The notes under the pieces were generated by a model. It did not search any database. It was not told the DNA's origin and was given only the letters and a program-made list of their open reading frames with translations. From a virus: a stretch of DNA of 64,000 nt. The stretch lies in the IMG/VR virus record IMGVR_UViG_3300045988_090087. The stretch is one strand, 5' to 3'. The position numbers and the translations under genes were made by a program. Shown here piece after piece: positions 8,604-15,416 of the stretch (positions are counted from its first letter, which is position 1; every line of letters starts with the position of its first letter).

Positions 8604-8632
8604 CTAGTTCGGTCTGTGATAGATAGGGCTAG
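8604..8632 (+). repeat. Conserved-loop hairpin, copy A
   Basis: Stem CTAGTT/GGCTAG (two G-U pairs); loop CGGTCTGTGATAGATAG. Confidence 0.5.
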
Positions 8633-8685
8633 TTACTTTAGTAATCTATTATGTCCATAAGCACAATAGATTACAAAGACAAATA

Positions 8686-8718
8686 TTAGAGTTCAGTCTG
8701 TGGTAGATAGAACTCTAA
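8686..8718 (+). repeat. Conserved-loop hairpin, copy B
   Basis: 9-bp stem TTAGAGTTC/GAACTCTAA; loop AGTCTGTGGTAGATA. Confidence 0.6.
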
Positions 8719-8807
8719 GTGTAAACCTACATCCTGCATATCCAAAGTAGCAGACTCTTAATGAGAAAGGTGATGGCACATTATTAATAATTAAATAGTT
8801 TAAAAAA

Positions 8808-8978
8808 ATGGAGACAAAAGACATTATTAAGATTACAGCATTAGTCTTTTCTAAAAAGAAAACTATTGCACAAGTAAGTAAGGAGTACAAAGCTATTCAT
8901 GGTAAAGAACTTCCAATCAAGAGTGACTTAGAAACATTACAAGCACAATTATCTTTGGGAGGAATTTATCAATGGTGA
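8808..8978 (+). CDS. Small hypothetical protein (56 aa)
   Basis: Hand-translated: METKDIIKITALVFSKKKTIAQVSKEYKAIHGKELPIK...GGIYQW. Its stop overlaps the next ATG. Confidence 0.4.
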   Translation: METKDIIKITALVFSKKKTIAQVSKEYKAIHGKELPIKSDLETLQAQLSLGGIYQW

Positions 8979-9331
8979 CAATGAATCACAATACTCTGGG
9001 AGAATTAGTAATAATGCTCTCAGCACAGATTGATGCAGAGTACAATATTTCTAAGACTACACATGCTAACTATGCTAATGCTTTCAATAAGAAGTATCAA
9101 TATCTTAATAATACATTAAGAATTATTTCTGGAGAAAGTATAAAGGGAGGAACATTTGCAGCATATATTAGAAATCCTTTGTTAGTATTATCAGGACTAA
9201 TTATGGATAAGTACAAGAAAATATTATTTACAGATATAAAAGGTAACACTTTTGTTGTAAATAATGTTAAATGGCTTTACCAATATATAAGTTCTAAAAA
9301 CATTAATACAGAACCAAGAATATATGGATAA
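8972..9331 (+). CDS. Hypothetical protein
   Basis: ORF track. Confidence 0.55.
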   Translation: MVTMNHNTLGELVIMLSAQIDAEYNISKTTHANYANAFNKKYQYLNNTLRIISGESIKGGTFAAYIRNPLLVLSGLIMDKYKKILFTDIKGNTFVVNNVKWLYQYISSKNINTEPRIYG

Positions 9332-9722
9332 AGGTTTGCTAGTAATTGTTATACTTGCTTTTATTCTATGTGTGATTTGGACTATTGCCAGTCATAATAA
9401 AGTAATAAAACAAGTAAAACTTAATCAGTTAAGAGATATAAGAAGCAACATAAACAATGCTTTAAGTCTCTACGATTGTTTGTATATACATATTAATATG
9501 TATAATAAAGGATTTACTAGGAGTAAATCTTTGACATCTGATGGAATAGTATTTCTATCAGATAACTTATCATCTAAAACTGTAATGTTCAAAGAGGGAA
9601 CTTTAGAATATATCGAAGGTCATTATGAAGCTGACTCTGAAACTTATAAAACAGCATTAGCTACATATAAATCTAGATTAATTTCTGAAGTTAATCTTGA
9701 ACTAGATAGATATAACTATTAA
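9324..9722 (+). CDS. Membrane-anchored hypothetical protein
   Basis: N-terminal TM segment LLVIVILAFILCVIWTIA. Confidence 0.6.
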   Translation: MDKGLLVIVILAFILCVIWTIASHNKVIKQVKLNQLRDIRSNINNALSLYDCLYIHINMYNKGFTRSKSLTSDGIVFLSDNLSSKTVMFKEGTLEYIEGHYEADSETYKTALATYKSRLISEVNLELDRYNY

Positions 9723-9733
9723 TTTTAAAAATT

Positions 9734-10129
9734 ATGGAATTATTATTTAATGTTAAACAGAAAAATGTTGTGGCTAAGATTGGTGAAGATTACTTCTTTC
9801 TTAGCAAGAAACCAAAGAAACTAGAGTTTGCTGATTCAGTGCATAAGACTTTAGTCTTAAAGCATTTTAAAGCTCTGAAACCAACTATTGAAGAACATTC
9901 AGTTATTGATGAGTCATTAACTGTAGATGAGTGGAAAGATTTTCCAGTATGGTTAGAGAATGAATCTAATGGCGCTGAAGGAAATCTTGAGATTACTAAA
10001 TTTACTTATGGTAATATTAAACTGTATGTAAATGGTGGATGCCTTTGTGGAAATGTTCCAGAATATGCTTTAAAAGGCATCATTAAATTGTTCAAACAAT
10101 TTAAAACGAAAGAAAATGCAGACAATTAA
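9734..10129 (+). CDS. Hypothetical protein
   Basis: ORF track. Confidence 0.6.
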   Translation: MELLFNVKQKNVVAKIGEDYFFLSKKPKKLEFADSVHKTLVLKHFKALKPTIEEHSVIDESLTVDEWKDFPVWLENESNGAEGNLEITKFTYGNIKLYVNGGCLCGNVPEYALKGIIKLFKQFKTKENADN

Positions 10130-10631
10130 GAAAGTAAAGTACAGCATTGAGAGAGTTGGTAACAGTACGTTTTGTACTATGTCTTGTGATTTAGAGTACA
10201 TAATGGATTACTTAGAAGGAGCTAATATAAAAGTTTCAAGTGCTGATACTTCTGTATTCCTTAAAATTGCGACTTCTAAAGAAAGAAAGATTTTCATTAA
10301 AAACCTTGCTTCTTGGGGACTTACTATTGATAATTCTACTGTAACAGTCGTTTCTAAAATTACTTTAAGTAAAAATGATAAGGACGACCAGGTAGTAGCT
10401 AATCGAATTGTAAGAGATAAAGCTATGCATACTATGTGTAAAGTTATTGCAAATGCTTTAAATCAGGCTTTGGATTCTACTTATAATAGATTAGCTAAAG
10501 TAAACAATATTATTAATAAGTTAGAGCACATTGCTTATCATTCAAAATATAATGAGGATGATACAACATGTGATATTGAAGATTATCCAGATCCAGGAGA
10601 TAATGATGTGGATATTGCAGACATACTATAA
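10116..10631 (+). CDS. Hypothetical protein with acidic C-terminus
   Basis: ORF track. Confidence 0.6.
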   Translation: MQTIKKVKYSIERVGNSTFCTMSCDLEYIMDYLEGANIKVSSADTSVFLKIATSKERKIFIKNLASWGLTIDNSTVTVVSKITLSKNDKDDQVVANRIVRDKAMHTMCKVIANALNQALDSTYNRLAKVNNIINKLEHIAYHSKYNEDDTTCDIEDYPDPGDNDVDIADIL

Positions 10632-10800
10632 AATTGTCTTTGTATTGTATTAAAGTTTAAAATTTGCAAAATATGATGATTTAAACTATAAAATTTGAAA
10701 TTAACAAATTTTTACTTTTACAATGGATATTTGAAACTATAGTAGAGTGTTGTTGAGAAACAATGCTCTATATGCTATTAACTTTATAAAAATTATAATT

Positions 10801-11010
10801 ATGAAAGTTTTAAGAAAGATATATAATGTTATTAACAATAGCATTCAGTCTCGTGTAGTCAATTCTAAAGAAGAGGCTAACAAATACATTATTTCGTTCA
10901 ATAGAACTTTAGAAAATAAAGTATCTCTTGAGACAGTAAACAATAAACAGGTAGAAGCCATTAAAATTAATGGTAAATGGTGTATATCTGAAACTGAAAT
11001 AATAGAGTAA
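10801..11010 (+). CDS. Hypothetical protein
   Basis: ORF track 10747..11010; the first ATG is at 10801. Confidence 0.45.
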   Translation: MKVLRKIYNVINNSIQSRVVNSKEEANKYIISFNRTLENKVSLETVNNKQVEAIKINGKWCISETEIIE

Positions 11011-11027
11011 TTCTGTAAAGTTCATAT

Positions 11028-11059
11028 ATATTGTTGGCAACTAGCAGATAATTAGTTGC
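11028..11059 (+). promoter_or_regulatory. 32-nt leader element (copy 1), 4 nt upstream of a tRNA
   Basis: ATATTGTTGGCAACTAGCAGATAATTAGTTGC is identical to 13643-13674. It contains the hairpin GCAACTA-N9-TAGTTGC. Confidence 0.4.
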
Positions 11060-11063
11060 ACTT

Positions 11064-11148
11064 GGAGGAATAGCACGTAATTGGAAGCGTCACAGTCTTC
11101 TAAACTGTTAGCATTATGCTCTTGAGGGTTCGAGTCCCTCTTCCTTCA
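11064..11148 (+). tRNA. tRNA, anticodon TCT (Arg by anticodon) on a long-variable-arm body
   Basis: Acceptor GGAGGAA/TTCCTTC; anticodon arm ACAGT-CTTCTAA-ACTGT; variable arm AGCA-TTA-TGCT; T arm GAGGG-TTCGAGT-CCCTC; discriminator A. Confidence 0.6.
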
Positions 11149-11155
11149 CGCATAT

Positions 11156-11236
11156 ACGGAGTTAGCTTAATGGCTAAAGCACCTCATTTTCACAATTCAT
11201 AGAGAGGTTATATTGGTTCGAATCCTTTACTCCGTA
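11156..11236 (+). tRNA. tRNA-like gene with about 7 extra nt next to the anticodon loop (TTTTCAC, Glu-type loop)
   Basis: Acceptor ACGGAGT/ACTCCGT; D arm GCTT-AATGGCTA-AAGC. The central region CCTCA-TTTTCAC-AATTCAT-AGAGG is too long, and the T stem has U-U mismatches. Confidence 0.45.
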
Positions 11237-11259
11237 CTAACATTAAAAGATTGAGTAAT

Positions 11260-11610
11260 ATGAAAAAGATTATTTTATTAATGAGTTTTATTGTATTAAC
11301 TACAATAGCTCATGCGTTTAATTATGGTTCTATCACTGTTTATCAAGATGGTGAATGGAGTGATCCATTTTACATTAAAACTTCAGTAGTATATAATGAA
11401 GCTAGAAAAACTATTACTTTTAGCAATAGTAAGTTTGGTAAAATGGTATTAAAAATATACTCTTCTGAAATGAAGGATGGAGTAGAAATCCATAACTGTG
11501 GAGAGGTTAATACAGGAAGACGCTTTGTTGTCTTTATTACAGTAAGAAATAAAATTCCTTACGTAACTCTTAGTACTTCCGCAGATACCATGTTTTCATT
11601 TGGCTTTTAA
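11260..11610 (+). CDS. Secreted small protein (signal peptide)
   Basis: MKKIILLMSFIVLTTIAHA-FNYG...; embedded in the tRNA cluster. Confidence 0.6.
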   Translation: MKKIILLMSFIVLTTIAHAFNYGSITVYQDGEWSDPFYIKTSVVYNEARKTITFSNSKFGKMVLKIYSSEMKDGVEIHNCGEVNTGRRFVVFITVRNKIPYVTLSTSADTMFSFGF

Positions 11611-11665
11611 GTTTCCATAATAATGTGTTAACGTTTTACTAGTTTTCCGATATAAACTAGTACTT

Positions 11666-11748
11666 ACGGTAGTAGCTCAGTGGCTAGAGCATCTCTTTTA
11701 TAATAGGTCATTTCGAGAAGGTCATTGGTTCGAATCCTTTCTACCGTA
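11666..11748 (+). tRNA. tRNA-like gene with about 10 extra nt next to the anticodon loop (TTTATAA, anticodon TAT / Ile-AUA type)
   Basis: Acceptor ACGGTAG/CTACCGT; D arm GCTC-AGTGGCTA-GAGC; then TCTCT-TTTATAA-TAGGTCATTT-CGAGA-AGGTC. Paralog of 11156..11236. A 7-bp leader hairpin sits at 11637-11661. Confidence 0.45.
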
Positions 11749-11856
11749 CAAATTTAATTTGATATATTGTTAGTGTGTTTGGATAAATCCTGACTAATAA
11801 ATTTATTAGTATAGGTAGGTGTTACCACTATTCTCCTTTATAGAAATGTGGGCTAT

Positions 11857-11926
11857 GGAGATATAGCTCAGAAGGTTAGAGCGCGGTGAAAATCCCGAGA
11901 TTGTGGTTCGATTCCACGTATCTCTA
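11857..11926 (+). tRNA. tRNA-like gene, 70 nt, shortened anticodon stem; loop contains GAA (Phe-type)
   Basis: Acceptor GGAGATA/TATCTCT; D arm GCTC-AGAAGGTTA-GAGC; T arm TGTGG-TTCGATT-CCACG. Only CGG/CCG pairs around TGAAAAT. Confidence 0.4.
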
Positions 11927-11971
11927 CTATATACAAGAATAAAATTCTATGCAAAATAAGATTATAAATTA

Positions 11972-12045
11972 GCTCTCTAAGCTTTAAGGTGAAGCACGAA
12001 ACTTTTAATTTCGGGAAGACAGGTCAGTACTGTCAGGGAGCACCA
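11972..12045 (+). tRNA. tRNA-Lys (TTT), CCA encoded, unusual T loop
   Basis: Acceptor GCTCTCT/AGGGAGC; CGAAA-CTTTTAA-TTTCG; T arm GACAG-GTCAGTA-CTGTC; 3' ACCA. Confidence 0.75.
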
Positions 12046-12086
12046 TTAATTTTTAATTTATTAAAAGTATTCATTTGTAATACACG

Positions 12087-12116
12087 AGATTCTCAGTCTG
12101 TGAAGATAGAGAATCT
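12087..12116 (+). repeat. Conserved-loop hairpin, copy C (4 nt upstream of a tRNA)
   Basis: Stem AGATTCTC/GAGAATCT; loop AGTCTGTGAAGATA. Confidence 0.6.
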
Positions 12117-12120
12117 ACTT

Positions 12121-12192
12121 GGCACTATCGTCTAGCTGGTTAGGACGTAACTTTTCAAAGTTAAAAGGCGATTTCGAGCATCGCTAGTGCTA
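12121..12192 (+). tRNA. tRNA-Glu-like (TTC) with irregular anticodon arm
   Basis: Glu-type D arm TCGTCTAGCTGGTTAGGAC. The anticodon arm is TAAC-TTTTCAAA-GTTA (4 bp with an 8-nt loop, or 5 bp with a 6-nt loop). T arm GCGAT-TTCGAGC-ATCGC. Confidence 0.6.
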
Positions 12193-12271
12193 CTCTTCCG
12201 TATTTAAAAAACTAATACGATTAATGTTTAAAATATAAAGTCAGCGGACTTTATAACGTTAAAGAGTTGTT

Positions 12272-12299
12272 AGCTTCTGGTCTGTGAAGATAGGGAGCT
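12272..12299 (+). repeat. Conserved-loop hairpin, copy D (5 nt upstream of a tRNA)
   Basis: Stem AGCTTC/GGAGCT (one G-U pair); loop TGGTCTGTGAAGATAG. Confidence 0.55.
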
Positions 12300-12304
12300 T
12301 TATT

Positions 12305-12392
12305 GGAGAAATGACTGAGTGGTCGAAAGTGGCACCCTGCTAAGGTGTTAGTCATATTACATGGCTCGAAGGTTCGAATCCTTCTTTCTCCG
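12305..12392 (+). tRNA. tRNA-Ser (GCT)
   Basis: Acceptor GGAGAAA/TTTCTCC; loop CTGCTAA; long variable arm; T arm GAAGG-TTCGAAT-CCTTC; discriminator G. Confidence 0.8.
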
Positions 12393-12446
12393 CTTTATTC
12401 ATACTTGTAATTATAAAATATGGTTCGTGAGAATAATATTTTATTC

Positions 12447-12519
12447 GGAGGATTAGTGTAACGGTTTCACACGAGGGACTTTGACTCCCTAATAGGCAGT
12501 TCAACTCTGTCATCCTCTA
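12447..12519 (+). tRNA. tRNA-Gln (TTG)
   Basis: D arm GTGT-AACGGTTTC-ACAC; AGGGA-CTTTGAC-TCCCT; T arm GGCAG-TTCAACT-CTGTC. The leader hairpin GAATAA-TATT-TTATTC abuts the 5' end. Confidence 0.75.
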
Positions 12520-12710
12520 CTAATTAATAAATAGGTACTAAACAACTCTCAGTGACTCTATTAAATAGCGTAATTACCTTAAAATTAATCATTTGGGTTA
12601 AAAAGAGAAAGAACGTTAGATAACTGAGGACAATGGAATAGTTTAAATATAACCAGTGAAAATCGCCTATTATTTAAATAGATTATTAACACATTAATTA
12701 TAGATAAATT

Positions 12711-13100
12711 ATGACAAGACAAGATTATTTTATTAGTAAAACCAATTTAATAGCACAAATAGAAAGTGCTAAGAAATTTGGTTGTAAACATGTACTCAAG
12801 TGTGCAAAGTTAAACTTAGCTGAACTTGAAAAGAAGTACAAAAAAGAACATCTTTCTAATCCCCTGTTCAGTTACATGGTAACTGATGAAGAAATGGACG
12901 AACTTATTAGAAATGATGAAAAACCTACATTTAAAATCAAAGTAACTTTTAAAAGTGGAGAAGCTTATGATTTGATGTTTTATCATGAACTTAAAAGTGG
13001 AGTTAAACATTCTGATGTTGTGAAATGGGCGATGATAGGATTAACTAAAACTATTCATCATCCTGAAAATATTGTAGATGCTCGTTTTATTATGGGTTAA
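12711..13100 (+). CDS. Hypothetical protein
   Basis: ORF track; AACACATTAAT motif upstream. Confidence 0.6.
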   Translation: MTRQDYFISKTNLIAQIESAKKFGCKHVLKCAKLNLAELEKKYKKEHLSNPLFSYMVTDEEMDELIRNDEKPTFKIKVTFKSGEAYDLMFYHELKSGVKHSDVVKWAMIGLTKTIHHPENIVDARFIMG

Positions 13101-13105
13101 AAGAT

Positions 13106-13465
13106 ATGGAAGTAAAAACAATACAGATTGACTCTGATACATTTTTAGTGTTTAAGGGACGAGAGTACAGACAGATAAACATAAATGACATTGTATGTAT
13201 AAAAACATCTGGTAAATATAGTACTATAATAGATGTTCATGGTAATAGTATTATTGTGTGTTGTTCATTAAAAAATATTTCACGTGTTTTATGTATTAAT
13301 TTTATTCTTGCAACACAAGGATTTTTAATAAATCATAAATACATATCTGAGATAACTAGAAAGAATGATGAAAACAATACATATATCTTAAAATTAAATG
13401 ATAATATTCATACAACTGTGGATATTTCATTATATGTAGCTACAAATATATTAAAACAACTGTAA
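13106..13465 (+). CDS. Stand-alone LytTR-type DNA-binding domain protein
   Basis: ININDIVCIKTSGKYSTIIDVHGNSIIVCCSLKNISRVL...FLINHKYISEI follows the LytTR pattern. Confidence 0.55.
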   Translation: MEVKTIQIDSDTFLVFKGREYRQININDIVCIKTSGKYSTIIDVHGNSIIVCCSLKNISRVLCINFILATQGFLINHKYISEITRKNDENNTYILKLNDNIHTTVDISLYVATNILKQL

Positions 13466-13466
13466 T

Positions 13467-13586
13467 ATGAAGAAAATAGTATTAAAAGTAACAGTAGAAG
13501 TTCCGGATGATTATATATTGGATGATCCATCTTGGTTATTAGAAAACATTGGTATTGGATATGATTATGATGTTGAACGTATTTAA
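13467..13586 (+). CDS. Small hypothetical protein (39 aa)
   Basis: Hand-translated; the ATG is 2 nt after the upstream stop, and a terminator hairpin lies at 13607-13637. Confidence 0.35.
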   Translation: MKKIVLKVTVEVPDDYILDDPSWLLENIGIGYDYDVERI

Positions 13587-13642
13587 TTTATTTGAAAAAT
13601 AAGAATACCAACCCCTATAAATTACATGTTGGTTTTTCCCAA

Positions 13643-13674
13643 ATATTGTTGGCAACTAGCAGATAATTAGTTGC
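13643..13674 (+). promoter_or_regulatory. 32-nt leader element (copy 2), 5 nt upstream of tRNA-Leu
   Basis: Identical to 11028-11059. Confidence 0.4.
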
Positions 13675-13679
13675 TTTAT

Positions 13680-14290
13680 CGCTTAGTGGTGAAACTGGGA
13701 TACACGAGGGACTTTTGGAACACCAGTAATGGTGAATTTGAGTGCTCTATTAGAAATAATAGAAGTAGAATCTCCCTAATTAAACAAGTTAATTACTAAT
13801 TGTAAAAAGGTTAGCATCTGTGTAAGAAGCAGAGTAATGATTATAGAAGCAGTATTCAGAAATCTAATTAACTTGCGACAGAAGCCTCACTTATGGTGAC
13901 ATAGGTTTTGGTGGTGACGAGCTAAATTGTGATAGAACGCTAATCTATCTTAAATGTAAATTGGAGTGTTACAGCATAAATGTGTAGAGACTATAGAGGA
14001 GATACCTAAGTTAATTAAAAGGAATGGTTTAGACTTCATCCTTAGTAATAAGGTTATAATAGTAATGCATTATGTAAAAAAGGAGACGCTCATTGAGAGA
14101 GGTAAAACCTAATTCCTTACTTCGAAGTTAATTGATAAGGTAATAAAATAGTCCAGACTACAATAACTTATAGAGGCAGAAATATTGGTGTAATTTAGCA
14201 TTGCTGTAAGTTAGCTTGTATAAAAGCAAGTGTGGTAGGAAAATCCCTTGACCAGGAATGGTCTTACGGGTTCGAATCCCGTCTAAGCGA
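13680..14290 (+). tRNA. tRNA-Leu (TAA) interrupted by a 525-nt intron
   Basis: Exon 1 (13680-13714) ends ...AGGGA-CTT. Exon 2 (14240-14290) is AAAA-TCCCT, a long variable arm, then ACGGG-TTCGAAT-CCCGT-CTAAGCG-A. Spliced length 86 nt with loop CT-TAA-AA. Confidence 0.7.
13715..14239 (+). mobile_element. ORF-less group I-type intron between anticodon positions 34 and 35 of tRNA-Leu(UAA)
   Basis: U precedes the 5' junction and the intron ends in G (14239). An R-like CAGACTACA lies at 14154-14162. The track shows no ORF of 60 aa or more. Confidence 0.55.
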
Positions 14291-14367
14291 CATATTAATG
14301 TATTAATTTGTGAAAATTGATGAATTTCTTGTAATTACCTATATTTAGTCGAGAGTGACTAAAAGCT

Positions 14368-14399
14368 AACTCACATTGCTTGTGAAAGTAGTATGAGTT
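14368..14399 (+). repeat. Conserved-loop hairpin, copy E (variant loop)
   Basis: Loop TTGCTTGTGAAAGTAG, identical to copy F; the stem sequence differs. Confidence 0.5.
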
Positions 14400-14434
14400 T
14401 TAAATAAAATTATATAACATACTAGTATAAATTG

Positions 14435-14506
14435 AAATGTGTAGCTCAATAGCTAGAGCGTCTATCGTAGAGTAGAAGGTTGGCAGTTCAAATCTGTCCG
14501 CATTTC
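14435..14506 (+). tRNA. tRNA-like gene, anticodon undetermined (irregular anticodon arm)
   Basis: Acceptor AAATGTG/CGCATTT; D arm GCTC-AATAGCTA-GAGC; T arm GGCAG-TTCAAAT-CTGTC. The central part folds only as TCTA-TCGTAGAG-TAGA. Confidence 0.5.
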
Positions 14507-14548
14507 CTTTTTCTATCATTATTTTAATTTTTAATTTATTAAAAATAA

Positions 14549-14578
14549 AAGAGCTTTGCTTGTGAAAGTAGAGCTCTT
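14549..14578 (+). repeat. Conserved-loop hairpin, copy F
   Basis: Stem AAGAGCT/AGCTCTT; loop TTGCTTGTGAAAGTAG. Confidence 0.55.
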
Positions 14579-14750
14579 ATCAAAATTATGCGAAAACTTT
14601 AATAAGTTAAGGCTTCTTAAAAAGCCTAAAGTACTTAGTGTCTTAGTGGCAAGTTGCACGTCCGGCTAGCAAGTAGGAAGGAGAGGAAGTAGCGACCCTC
14701 AGACACTTTTATAAATTGCTCAAGTATCCGCTCTGTCTTATACACTAATC

Positions 14751-14822
14751 CTTGAGGTCGGCTAATGGTTAGGCTCGATGTCTTATACACATCCAATCTG
14801 GGTTCAAGTCCCAGCCTCAAGA
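14751..14822 (+). tRNA. tRNA-Ile (TAT)
   Basis: Acceptor CTTGAGG/CCTCAAG; GATGT-CTTATAC-ACATC; T arm CTGGG-TTCAAGT-CCCAG. Confidence 0.7.
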
Positions 14823-14911
14823 CTACTTTTTATCATATTATTATTCTGAAGAGTCTAATTAGTTAATCTAGTTAGGCTCTTTTATTGTTTAATTAAATAA
14901 CACATTAACAT

Positions 14912-15208
14912 ATGAAGGATATAAATAAAATTATTGATTCACTAAGTCCAGTAGAACAAAACTTAATGTATAATGCATTACAAAAGAAGCTTAATAGAGG
15001 TCCAGAATACACTATTAGTTATGACAAAAGTGGATATTACGTTAAGTGCGATAGTCCTCAGTTAACTGCTTTTAGATTTGAAGAAGAGAAATATGCTGAA
15101 TTGGCTTATCATATTTATAATAGTGTTTATGGTACAGGCACTCCTCTTAGTGATATTATTAAATACACCTTTAGACTTCTTAATATTGATTCAGAATGGA
15201 CAAAGTAA
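14912..15208 (+). CDS. Hypothetical protein
   Basis: ORF track; AACACATTAAC motif 3 nt upstream. Confidence 0.6.
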   Translation: MKDINKIIDSLSPVEQNLMYNALQKKLNRGPEYTISYDKSGYYVKCDSPQLTAFRFEEEKYAELAYHIYNSVYGTGTPLSDIIKYTFRLLNIDSEWTK

Positions 15209-15414
15209 TGTTACAGGTAAATGACATCTTTTCCCAAGCGTGGAAAGGATGTCAGAAACCTATGTGGTTTAGAATTCTTAATATAGATAGAATTACTAAC
15301 AGCATAGAAGTGGAGTGTCATTCATTTGATGGTCTTAATGTATTTCCTGAAGTTTGGTCTTTAGATTCTACAGAAGCAGGATTTGAAATTGGTGATTATA
15401 AATTAGTTAAATAA
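15196..15414 (+). CDS. Hypothetical protein
   Basis: ORF track. Confidence 0.55.
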   Translation: MDKVMLQVNDIFSQAWKGCQKPMWFRILNIDRITNSIEVECHSFDGLNVFPEVWSLDSTEAGFEIGDYKLVK

Positions 15415-15416
15415 TT

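Noticed and set aside
14635-14820. ORFs overlapping RNA genes: 14635..14820(-), 35493..35681(+), 37611..37922(-), 27590..27772(-)
   Set aside because: Each is made up largely of tRNA or tmRNA-like sequence, and none has coding context.
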